64,000 nucleotides of DNA from Chloroflexota bacterium (GTDB taxonomy: Bacteria > Chloroflexota > UBA11872 > VXNJ01). The notes under the pieces were generated by a model, which worked only from the letters and a program-made list of their open reading frames with translations, was not told where the DNA came from and searched no databases. Location of the stretch: contig OZ253449.1 of assembly GCA_965261345.1 (NCBI GenBank), positions 512,001 through 576,000 on the forward strand, given 5' to 3'. Positions 13,047-22,290 of this stretch are shown piece after piece (position 1 is the stretch's first letter; every line of letters begins with the position of its first letter). The position numbers were made by a program, and so were the translations under genes.

Positions 13047-16000
13047 ATGACCCACGATTCCGACTGCGGCTACCCGGGCCTCATCGACCCGGCGGCGTCG
13101 CGCGCTGCCTGCGGAGTGGGCTTGATCGCCGACTTAGACGGTAGGCGCAGCTACCAGACCGTTAGTGACGGCCTTACCATCCTGGAGAACCTGGCCCACC
13201 GCGGCGCCAAAAACGCCGACCCTCTCACCGGCGACGGTTCGGGAATTCTGCTACCGATCGCCGACGAATTCTTCCGGCCGATTACCAGGGCCACCGGCAT
13301 CGCCCTCCCGTCGCAGGGTAACTACGCGATCGGCTCGGTATTCCTGCCGCCGAACCCAGACGAGGCCGATGGGTGCCGTCGGTTGCTCGAAGAGGTCGCC
13401 CGCGAGCGCGGCCAGGTCGTGCTGGGCTGGCGCGATGTACCGATCCGGCCCGGGCAAATTGGGCGCCAGGGCCGTGAACGGATGCCACTTATCCAGCAGG
13501 TTTTCCTGGACGTGAGCGATTCCGCCCGGCGGAGCGAACAGGTCACTGAGCGACGTTTGTTCATTACCCGCAAATTGATCGAGCACCGGGCCGCTGGACT
13601 GGGACTTGCCGATCCCGACACATTTTTCATTTGCTCGCTCTCGACTCTGACCGTCGTCTATAAAGGGATGCTGATCTCGACCCAGACCCGCCAGTTTTTC
13701 CCTGACCTGGGCGATCCGCGGATGCTTGCCCATTTCGCGATCGTGCACTCGCGTTTTTCAACCAATACGCTCGGGTCCTGGCGTCTGGCCCACCCCTACC
13801 GTATGACGGTTCACAACGGTGAGATCAACACCGCCCGCGGCAACATCAACTGGATGGCCGCCCGCGAGCCGATTCTCGATCACCCCGATTACCGGGGATT
13901 CGGCAACGATCTCTTCCCAATCGTGATGCCCGATTCGTCGGACACAGCCGCCTTTGACAATGTGATCGAGTTGCTGGTGCGCTCGGGACGTCCGCTGGCC
14001 CAGGCGATGCTGATGATGGTGCCCGAGGCTTGGGAGCGGCACACCGAAATGCCGCCCGAGATGACCGCCTTCTATCGCTACCACGCCTGCCTGATGGAGC
14101 CGTGGGACGGCCCGGCGCTGCTGGTTACCACCGATGGAAGGCAGATTGCCGCCCTGCTCGACCGCAATGGATTTCGACCATTCCGCTACACCGAGACCTT
14201 AGATGGCCGACTGGTGATGGCGTCGGAAACCGGAGTGCTCGACATTGCAACCGAGAACGTCAAATCACGCGGCCGGCTCGCCCCGGGGCAGATCTTTGTA
14301 ATCGACCCCGGTGGTGGTGGAATCCTTACCGACGACCAGATCAAGCCGACCCTGGCAGGCGCCCAACCCTACGCCGACTGGTTGGCCGCAAACCTCCGCG
14401 CAGTCGAAGATTTACCCGAACCGCCCGACGCCGAAACCCGGCCGGCGACTCCATTGCAGCAACGGCAGCGGGCGTTCGGCTATACCTTCGAGGAGTTGAC
14501 CGCAATCCTCGAGCCGATGGGACTGAACGCGGCCGAGCCGATCGGATCGATGGGCCTCGACACTCCCTTGGCGGTATTTTCCGAGCGTCCGCAATCGCTT
14601 TTTAACTATTTCCGACAGCTTTTCGCCCAGGTTTCCAATCCGCCGGTAGATGCAATCCGCGAGGAGTTGGTCACCTCCCTGGACACGTTGCTGGGGCGCC
14701 GTCGCAACCTTCTGGCCGAGACCGCCGAACACGCACGCTTACTCCATCTGCCATCCCCAGTAATTGACGATCGAACCTGTTCCCGAATCCAAAACCTGGA
14801 CAGCCAAGACTTCAGATGCGCGACCCTGGACGCGCTGTATGGGCCGGTTGCCGAACCCGGGACGCTAAAGCTCGGCATGGACCGCCTGTGCGCCGATGCC
14901 GACGCCGCCATAGCTGCCGGGTCCTCGATCCTGGTAATATCCGATCTGCGGGCCGATTCCCACAACGCTCCTATCCCCGCGTTGCTGGCGGTAGCCGGAG
15001 TACATCACCACCTGATCCGTTCGGGTACCCGCCTGTCCTGCGGAATCATCGCAAAGACCGGCGAGGCCCTCGATGTGCATTCGGTGGCCTGCCTGCTCGG
15101 CTACGGTGCCCAGGCGGTCAACCCGTACCTGGCATTGGAATCGATTGCCGAGCTGGCCACCTGTGGTCAGCTGGACGGACTTGACTCGGCTGAGGCCGAA
15201 GCCAACTACCTCAAGGCGCTCGCCAAGGGCGTGCTCAAGATCATGTCCAAGATGGGCATCTCCACCGTCCGCAGCTACCAGGGCGCCCAGATATTCGAAT
15301 CGGTCGGACTCTCCCTGGCGCTGGTTGATAGGTACTTTACCTGGACACCCTCCCGAATCGGTGGGCTCTCGATTGACGAACTGCAATCAGAATATGCTCA
15401 ACGGCAACGGGCCACTTATCCGCCCGGCGGCGGGCTGGAAGGCAACCTGGAATTGGACCCGGGCGGGTTCTTCCAGTGGTACCGCGACGGTGAGCGGCAT
15501 ATGCTCAACCCCGCCACCGTGGCCCTGCTGCAAAAGGCCACCGGCGCCAACGATTTTTCCGTTTATGAACAATTTGCCGCCCAGTGCGAAGCCGATGACC
15601 TGCGTGCCACGACCCTGCGCGGGATCCTTGATTTCCGCCGTGCCAAGGAGCCGCTTGACATCGAGCTGGTAGAGCCGGAGGAAAGGATCGTACAACGATT
15701 CGCAACCGGGGCTATTTCGCTGGGCGCCATTTCCAAGGAGGCCCATGAGGCCCTGGCGATCGCGATGAACTCGATCGGTGCCAAATCCAACACTGGCGAG
15801 GGCGGCGAGGACCATCGGCGATTCCACCCGGACCGCGACGGCACCTGGCGCAACAGTTCGATCAAGCAGGTCGCGTCGGGACGGTTTGGGGTCACCACCG
15901 ACTACCTAGTAAATGCCACCGACCTGCAGATCAAGATGGCGCAGGGCTCCAAGCCCGGCGAAGGCGGGCAACTGCCGGGCCAAAAGGTCGACGAATACAT

Positions 16001-17609
16001 CGGCTGGATACGACATTCGATGCCTGGAGTTGAGCTCATCTCGCCGCCTCCGCATCACGACATCTATTCGATCGAAGACCTGGCGCAGTTGATCCATGAC
16101 CTTAAAAACGTCAATCCCTTCGCCCGGATCAACGTCAAATTAGTGGCCGCGATGGGAGTCGGCACGATCGCCGCCGGGGTGGCCAAGGCCTTTGGCGACG
16201 TGGTGCTCATATCCGGCGATTCCGGCGGGACTGGGGCCTCGCCGTGGTCCTCGGTCAAGCATGCCGGCCTGCCGTGGGAATTGGGGCTGGCCGAAACCCA
16301 CCAGGTTCTGTTGGCCAACGATTTGCGTTCGCGGATCGTGGTCCAAACCGACGGACAGCTGCGCACAGGGCGTGACGTTGCGGTGGCCTGCCTCCTCGGC
16401 GCCGAAGAATTCGGTTTCTCCACCCTGCCGCTGGTGACCCTGGGTTGCGTAATGCTGCGAAAGTGCCACCTAAATACCTGTTCAGTCGGTGTGGCCACCC
16501 AGGACCCGGTGTTGCGGGCGCGATTCGCCGGGAAGCCGGAGGCGGTGGTCAACTATTTCTTCATGGTGGCCCGACATCTGCGCCAGATCATGGCCGAGCT
16601 TGGCCTAAAAAACACTGACGAAATGATTGGTCGCGTCGATCTGTTAGTTCCTCGTGAAGGAATCAAGCTGGCCAAGACCAAGGGCATTGACCTGCAGCGC
16701 CTGCTTTATGCGCCCACGGTGCCAGCCGAGGTCGGGCGGCACAAGATGTTCTCGCAGCAGCACGGCCTCAACCACGCGCTAGACAACCAGATCATTCGAA
16801 GCCTGTCCCCGGCTCTGAAGGCCGGACGCAAGACCAGGGCAAGTTTCAAGATCCGCAACTCCAACCGTACGCTGCTTACGATGCTCTCGGGCGATATCGC
16901 CCGCGGCGGCAACCCGCCGCTCGAACCCGACTCGATTCAATTGGACCTGAGCGGATCCTGCGGGCAAAGCTTTGGCGCCTTTCTGGTCGAGGGCATAAAC
17001 GCGCGCGTGGTTGGCGACGCCAACGATTACTTTGGCAAAGGGATGTCTGGTGGAACGATTTCCATCCGCCCGCCCCCGGCAGCCCGATATTTGGCCGAGG
17101 AGAACATCATCGTTGGCAACGTCGTGCTGTACGGGGCCACCGGCGGAAGACTCTTCGTCCGCGGCCAGGCTGGCGAGCGCTTCGCGGTCCGCAATTCGGG
17201 CGCCAATTCGGTCGTCGAAGGCGTGGGCGACCACGGCTGTGAATACATGACCGGTGGGGTGGTGGTGGTGCTTGGGCCGACCGGGCGCAATTTTGCCGCC
17301 GGAATGAGCGGCGGCATTGCCTACGTGTTAGATCCGCAGGCACGCCTGGCGGGCGGGCGTTGCAACCTTGAGCTGGTGGAGCTGGAGGACCCGGCCCAAA
17401 GCGACCTAGAAACTATTCACCGCCTAATCACCGAGCATTTCCAATTTACCGAAAGTGCGGTTGCCGCGCGGCTGCTTGCCGACTGGGATCGCGCCCAGCT
17501 GGAATTCGTCAAAATCATGCCACGCGATTACCGGCGGGTACTTGCCGAACGGGCAGCGCGTTCCGCCGGGGAACAGGCGTTAGCCATGGAGTTGGTTCAC
17601 AACGGCTAG
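13047..17609 (+). CDS. gltB: Glutamate synthase large subunit
   Basis: ACGVG, HSRFSTNT, HNGEINT, SNTGEGGE, IKMAQGSKPGEGGQL, C..LRKCHLNTC, GXGXG C-terminal domain. Confidence 0.97.
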   Translation: MTHDSDCGYPGLIDPAASRAACGVGLIADLDGRRSYQTVSDGLTILENLAHRGAKNADPLTGDGSGILLPIADEFFRPITRATGIALPSQGNYAIGSVFLPPNPDEADGCRRLLEEVARERGQVVLGWRDVPIRPGQIGRQGRERMPLIQQVFLDVSDSARRSEQVTERRLFITRKLIEHRAAGLGLADPDTFFICSLSTLTVVYKGMLISTQTRQFFPDLGDPRMLAHFAIVHSRFSTNTLGSWRLAHPYRMTVHNGEINTARGNINWMAAREPILDHPDYRGFGNDLFPIVMPDSSDTAAFDNVIELLVRSGRPLAQAMLMMVPEAWERHTEMPPEMTAFYRYHACLMEPWDGPALLVTTDGRQIAALLDRNGFRPFRYTETLDGRLVMASETGVLDIATENVKSRGRLAPGQIFVIDPGGGGILTDDQIKPTLAGAQPYADWLAANLRAVEDLPEPPDAETRPATPLQQRQRAFGYTFEELTAILEPMGLNAAEPIGSMGLDTPLAVFSERPQSLFNYFRQLFAQVSNPPVDAIREELVTSLDTLLGRRRNLLAETAEHARLLHLPSPVIDDRTCSRIQNLDSQDFRCATLDALYGPVAEPGTLKLGMDRLCADADAAIAAGSSILVISDLRADSHNAPIPALLAVAGVHHHLIRSGTRLSCGIIAKTGEALDVHSVACLLGYGAQAVNPYLALESIAELATCGQLDGLDSAEAEANYLKALAKGVLKIMSKMGISTVRSYQGAQIFESVGLSLALVDRYFTWTPSRIGGLSIDELQSEYAQRQRATYPPGGGLEGNLELDPGGFFQWYRDGERHMLNPATVALLQKATGANDFSVYEQFAAQCEADDLRATTLRGILDFRRAKEPLDIELVEPEERIVQRFATGAISLGAISKEAHEALAIAMNSIGAKSNTGEGGEDHRRFHPDRDGTWRNSSIKQVASGRFGVTTDYLVNATDLQIKMAQGSKPGEGGQLPGQKVDEYIGWIRHSMPGVELISPPPHHDIYSIEDLAQLIHDLKNVNPFARINVKLVAAMGVGTIAAGVAKAFGDVVLISGDSGGTGASPWSSVKHAGLPWELGLAETHQVLLANDLRSRIVVQTDGQLRTGRDVAVACLLGAEEFGFSTLPLVTLGCVMLRKCHLNTCSVGVATQDPVLRARFAGKPEAVVNYFFMVARHLRQIMAELGLKNTDEMIGRVDLLVPREGIKLAKTKGIDLQRLLYAPTVPAEVGRHKMFSQQHGLNHALDNQIIRSLSPALKAGRKTRASFKIRNSNRTLLTMLSGDIARGGNPPLEPDSIQLDLSGSCGQSFGAFLVEGINARVVGDANDYFGKGMSGGTISIRPPPAARYLAEENIIVGNVVLYGATGGRLFVRGQAGERFAVRNSGANSVVEGVGDHGCEYMTGGVVVVLGPTGRNFAAGMSGGIAYVLDPQARLAGGRCNLELVELEDPAQSDLETIHRLITEHFQFTESAVAARLLADWDRAQLEFVKIMPRDYRRVLAERAARSAGEQALAMELVHNG

Positions 17610-19080
17610 TTTATCCGGCTTTCTAAGCCATCAACGACGCACGATCCCAAAGCGCGATGTCGATTCGCGAATTGGCGATTGGCGCGAGATATATCTGGAG
17701 CGGGCCCCCGGTCAATCGGGGAAGCAGGCCTCGCGCTGCATGGGTTGCGGCATTCCTTTCTGCCACACTGCCTGCCCGCTGGGCAATAAGATCCCAGACT
17801 TTAATCGCCATGTCTTTCACCAGCGCTGGGGCGATGCCCTAAAGGTCCTCCATTCCACCAACAACTTCCCGGAATTTACCGGCCGCATCTGCCCGGCCCC
17901 GTGCGAGGAATCGTGCGTCCTGGCAATAAATTCCGACCCGGTAACGATCGAACACATCGAGCGTGAAATTGCCGACTGGGGGTTTGCCAACGGCCAAATC
18001 AAACCGCAACCGCCACGCCACCGCAGCGGCCGGAGGGTGGCAGTCGTCGGGTCGGGTCCGGCCGGCCTGGCCGCCGCCCAGCAGCTGAACCGCTGTGGCC
18101 ACAACGTTGTCGTCTTCGAGCGCGACGAATATCCGGGAGGGTTGCTAACGCTGGGGATCCCCGACTTCAAGCTGGAGAAGGAGGTCGTTTTCCGGCGGGT
18201 CAACCAGCTTGAACAGGAGGGGATCCAATTTCGCACCGGGGTTAACGTCGGTACCGAGATCGACGTGCAGCAGCTGCGATGCGAATTCGACGCGATCTGC
18301 CTTGCCACCGGCGCCAATTACCCGCGCTCCTTTACCATCCCTGGTTACGAGCTCGACGGGGTCGTCTACGCGATGGATTACCTGTGCCAGCAGATCCGCC
18401 GCAATCTGGGCCAGCAGATTCCCGATTCGGAATTCATCTCGGCCAACGGCCGGAACGTGGTAATCATTGGAGGCGGCGATACTGCCGCCGACTGCCTGGG
18501 AACCGCCATTCGCCAGGGAGCCAACCAGATATATCAATTTGACATCCACGAATGGCCGGAGGAGCGCGCTGCCGACAACCCCTGGCCATATTGGCCGGCA
18601 ATAATGCGGACCCGCACCACGCCGGCCCACGAAGAGGGTGGGATCCGCAACTTCAACGTCCATGCCCAACGCCTCATCGGCGCCGAAAACCGCGTCACCG
18701 GGCTTGAGGCGATCCGGTTGGCATGGGGCGAAAAGGATGGCCGAGGACGCCCCAAGATGATCCGTCTGCCCGATTCCGAATTCGTGCTCGATGTCGATTT
18801 GGTACTGGTTGCAATCGGCTTTTCGGCCCCGATCGAAGAGAGCCTATTTGGCCAGCTGGGAGTTGGGTTCGATGGCCGCGGAATGGTGGCCGTAGACGGC
18901 GATCAGATGACGACCACCCCGGGGGTATTCGCCTGCGGCGACATCCACCGTGGCATGTCGCTGGTGGTCTGGGCGATCGCCCATGGGCGCGACGCCGCGC
19001 GTGGGATTGACCGGTACCTTAGCGGTCGCACCGATCTGCCGGCCAGCGCGCTTACCGGCGAATTAGGCGTCGGGCGCTAG
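17602..19080 (+). CDS. gltD: Glutamate synthase small subunit (apparent ACG start)
   Basis: RCMGCGIPFC..CP, NNFPEFTGRICPAPCE, GSGPAG, GGGDTA.DC, SLVVWAI..GR. The conserved N-terminus (.SGFL...R...P.R.V..RI.DWREIY) extends upstream of the ORF-track ATG 17740 to 17602. Confidence 0.93.
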   Translation, partial: TASLSGFLSHQRRTIPKRDVDSRIGDWREIYLERAPGQSGKQASRCMGCGIPFCHTACPLGNKIPDFNRHVFHQRWGDALKVLHSTNNFPEFTGRICPAPCEESCVLAINSDPVTIEHIEREIADWGFANGQIKPQPPRHRSGRRVAVVGSGPAGLAAAQQLNRCGHNVVVFERDEYPGGLLTLGIPDFKLEKEVVFRRVNQLEQEGIQFRTGVNVGTEIDVQQLRCEFDAICLATGANYPRSFTIPGYELDGVVYAMDYLCQQIRRNLGQQIPDSEFISANGRNVVIIGGGDTAADCLGTAIRQGANQIYQFDIHEWPEERAADNPWPYWPAIMRTRTTPAHEEGGIRNFNVHAQRLIGAENRVTGLEAIRLAWGEKDGRGRPKMIRLPDSEFVLDVDLVLVAIGFSAPIEESLFGQLGVGFDGRGMVAVDGDQMTTTPGVFACGDIHRGMSLVVWAIAHGRDAARGIDRYLSGRTDLPASALTGELGVGR

Positions 19081-19913
19081 CCACCTACCCCGGCCGCGGC
19101 GAAAGCTCGGGTCAACACCGAATAACCCAGACGGGCGCTTGCGAACGGATCATAGTCAGGGCGGGCCTGAACCATGACCGAAACCTCCAGAGTCTGGTAT
19201 CCGCGGTAACCGGCAGCGGCCATGAGCCTCAATTCGGTCGCGTAGTCGTAGTCGTCCTCCCCCGGGACCAGGAACTGGTGATCCGGCCAACGCCCGTGAA
19301 CGCCTTTCAGATGAGTGTGGATGGTGTCCGGGCCCAACAATTCAACCGCCCGGTCGAGCGAAAGTCCCTGGGCCAGGAAATGCGAGAAATCAAAATTCAC
19401 CCCCAGGCATTCACGCCCGAGTTGATCAAGGACCCAGGCGGTCTGTTGCGGTAGGTGCAGGGCCGACCCCACATGCGGCTCGAGGGCGATTGCCACTCCG
19501 GCCGCGCGGGCACTCTCAAGGAGCGGTCCCAGGCGTTCGAGAATTTTCTGTCTGTCACCCTCCCAGTTCCCGGGATCGCCGCCGACGGTGGTGTTGATCG
19601 CCGGGGGGCAAGGCCGGTCGAGGGCAACGCTCAGCTCGATCGCCTTGCGAATGCGCTCACTGCCGGCTTGCAGTGCCCGGTCGTCGACCCCGATCAATGG
19701 GGAATGGGCGGCGATCGCCGGCAGGCCTAAATCAAGATCGTCGAGCAGCTTGGCAATTTCCCCGACCGCGGTGGGATCCAGGTCGTCGATTCGGGTGGTC
19801 CAAGCCGGCAGAACGGTCAATTCGACCCCGGTAAATCCGGTTGAAGCGGCGAATGAACATACATCGTCGAATCCGACGCCGGGCATTCCCCAGTTTGATA
19901 GTCCCAGTTTCAT
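19077..19913 (-). CDS. Sugar phosphate isomerase/epimerase (xylose-isomerase-like TIM barrel)
   Basis: GFTGVEL, IALEPH, NFDFSH, HTHLK, GY.GY.TLE. Confidence 0.88.
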   Translation of the reverse strand: MKLGLSNWGMPGVGFDDVCSFAASTGFTGVELTVLPAWTTRIDDLDPTAVGEIAKLLDDLDLGLPAIAAHSPLIGVDDRALQAGSERIRKAIELSVALDRPCPPAINTTVGGDPGNWEGDRQKILERLGPLLESARAAGVAIALEPHVGSALHLPQQTAWVLDQLGRECLGVNFDFSHFLAQGLSLDRAVELLGPDTIHTHLKGVHGRWPDHQFLVPGEDDYDYATELRLMAAAGYRGYQTLEVSVMVQARPDYDPFASARLGYSVLTRAFAAAGVGG

Positions 19914-19925
19914 GGGCTGGCCGGC

Positions 19926-20801
19926 CTAGGCGCCGGGAAACCTGAGCGCGCCGCGACGGTCGGTTGCCGCCCGCAGCAGGGCCCCAGTCCCGGTGGTAAC
20001 GTACAGGTCGGAAAGGTCGGGTCCGCCAAAGGTGCAGTTGGTGGGGTTGTCGCGCCGGATCGGGTGGGTTTCCAGGATTCGGCCGGAGGTTTCAAACACA
20101 TAGATCATTGGCCCCGGTCCACCGGCGCTGCGGCCGGCGGTTGCAACGATGTGGCCGTTGGAATCCCAACACATTCCGTCGATCGCCCGGTAGGGGAAAA
20201 AGTTGTGGACTACGCGATATTGTCCGAGGGATCCGTTGTTGCGGATCGGGTAGGCCCGCAATTCGCGCGGTTCGCCGGGTTCTATGCCAGCGTTGGAGAC
20301 GAACAGCTCGCCCTGGTCGGGCGAAACCAGGATACCGTTGGGCTTGGTGGTGTCAAAGGTGACGCGCTCGATGTCGAAATCGCCACCGCCCGGCGTGAGC
20401 CGGTAGACCGATTGGTGGTCCAGTTCCATTGGCGGCGAGAGGGCATCATAGCGCGGATCGGTAAACCAGATCTGATCCTGGTCGTCAAAGGCAAGGTCGT
20501 TAGGGCTGTTGAGCCGCTTGCCCTCAAATGTTTCGACCAGAACGTCGTAACCGCCGCCCTGGCGAAAGCGGCAGATGGCGCCACGGTTCTGGCTGCAACC
20601 GTAGAGTTGGCCGTCGCGGTCAAAGAGCAGGCCGTTGGTCCGCGCGGTATCTTCGTGCCAGGGATGGCAGGTCCCGGCCTCCGGATCAAAGGCCATGATG
20701 CGGTTGTTGTCGATGTCGGTAAAGAGCAGTTGTCGACCGTCCCAGGCGGGACCTTCGGCCAGGCTAAAACCCTCCGCTAATACCTCAAACTCCCAGCTCA
20801 C
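19926..20801 (-). CDS. SMP-30/gluconolactonase family protein
   Basis: EGPAW, NGL, GKRLNSPNDL..FTDP, PNGI..SPD, DGM, PTNCTFGG; RBS TAAGGAG. Confidence 0.92.
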   Translation of the reverse strand: MSWEFEVLAEGFSLAEGPAWDGRQLLFTDIDNNRIMAFDPEAGTCHPWHEDTARTNGLLFDRDGQLYGCSQNRGAICRFRQGGGYDVLVETFEGKRLNSPNDLAFDDQDQIWFTDPRYDALSPPMELDHQSVYRLTPGGGDFDIERVTFDTTKPNGILVSPDQGELFVSNAGIEPGEPRELRAYPIRNNGSLGQYRVVHNFFPYRAIDGMCWDSNGHIVATAGRSAGGPGPMIYVFETSGRILETHPIRRDNPTNCTFGGPDLSDLYVTTGTGALLRAATDRRGALRFPGA

Positions 20802-20866
20802 CGCCGACTCCTTAAAGTCTCCAAAGGGACCAATATTTGCGGCAAGCTGCTGCCGCGCACTCTAAC

Positions 20867-22057
20867 TCAAGCGGATTTTGACACGGCGGCCGGATTGCGC
20901 TTGAGTGTTTCGGGCACAAAAAACTGGATAAGCGCGGCGGTCGCCAGGCCGGCAATTCCGAGCATAATCGCGCCGGTGACAAATCCAATGCTGTCGCCGA
21001 ACTGGCCGGGCAGGAAGTTGCCGCTCAGATCACCCAGGTCGCCGATCCCGCGCCAGACGCCCAGGAATTCGCTCAGGCGACCCGGCGGCGCCAGATCGAC
21101 ACCCAGGGTCATCAGTGCGCCCGAACCAAGGCCATTGCCGATTCCCAGGACAGCCGAACCGATCAGCAGCAGCATCCAGGTATCGGATCCGGCCACGATG
21201 AACATCCCGATCCCCATGACCGCAAACGAGGGCACTGAGCAGTATTTTCGACCGAAGCGGTCCATCACCCAACCGGCGAGCGGAAAAATGACCATGTCGA
21301 GGGCCCCGCCAACGGCCGTGATATAGCCGATCGCCGAGGCGTCCAGATCGAGCACGAAGGCGCCGAAGAACGGGATGATCGTCAATCGTGCGGCCCGGAT
21401 CGATTGGCCCAGGAGGGCTCCCAGCGACGCGACCAACACTTTCGGTTGCAGGTAGAGGCCAAATACGTCCAGGCGCCCTAGGGCTGACTGGCGAATCGGT
21501 GCACCGGCCCCTTCGAGTTGCTCGTCACGCTGCCCGAACCAGGACGCGGCCGCGGCAAATAATTGAAATACGGCGGCCATCAAAAAGAGCTCACGCAGGT
21601 CCAGCAGGGCGCCGAACACTCCAACCAGCGCCGGCCCCAGGAAGAAACGCGCTATCCGCATAGTCCCGCCCAGGGCCGCGGTGGCCCGCCCGCGGTGCTC
21701 GATCTCAACCATCTGGCCGATCAAGGTCACCCGCGAGAGGAAGGTCATCGACAGTCCGAACCCGAATACCAGCCGCAATACCAGCACTTCGTTGAACCCG
21801 CCGCTAAAGGCCAACGGGATCGTGGTGGCAAACATCACCAGGGCGCCGATTACGGTCACCGCGCGATTGGAAAGAGCTCCCAGCAGCATGCCGGCCGGGA
21901 CGTTGAAGAGCAGGTTGCCGATAGAGACCGCCGAGACTGCGACCGCAATTGCGGTGTAGCTGACGCCGAACTCGGCAACGAGCAACGGCAGGGTGGGAAC
22001 CAGCATCCCGACCCCGACGAAGAAGAAAAACGACGGCAGGTACAGCGGCACCAGCAA
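20867..22057 (-). CDS. MFS transporter
   Basis: 12-TM; GWVMDRFGRK, GNGLGSG...GVDLAP. The true start may be ~9 codons further upstream. Confidence 0.87.
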   Translation of the reverse strand: MLVPLYLPSFFFFVGVGMLVPTLPLLVAEFGVSYTAIAVAVSAVSIGNLLFNVPAGMLLGALSNRAVTVIGALVMFATTIPLAFSGGFNEVLVLRLVFGFGLSMTFLSRVTLIGQMVEIEHRGRATAALGGTMRIARFFLGPALVGVFGALLDLRELFLMAAVFQLFAAAASWFGQRDEQLEGAGAPIRQSALGRLDVFGLYLQPKVLVASLGALLGQSIRAARLTIIPFFGAFVLDLDASAIGYITAVGGALDMVIFPLAGWVMDRFGRKYCSVPSFAVMGIGMFIVAGSDTWMLLLIGSAVLGIGNGLGSGALMTLGVDLAPPGRLSEFLGVWRGIGDLGDLSGNFLPGQFGDSIGFVTGAIMLGIAGLATAALIQFFVPETLKRNPAAVSKSA

Positions 22058-22290
22058 TCGCCGGAGGGCGGTGAATATGGAAATGGCTGCGCGCGTCCCG
22101 GCGTTGTGGAATCGGCCGCCGCAAAGGGCGGGGCCACCAGTACATCAAGACTATTGGATCGCCGGTGCGCGATCTTGCCCCGGGGTAGTTCCATTAACAT
22201 GATTTGGGCGTAACATGCGAATTACCCCAAACGGCAAAGCCCGCCTCAGAAACAAGTCCGCGCGACCGCGCTTTCGAACAGATTAAGATC

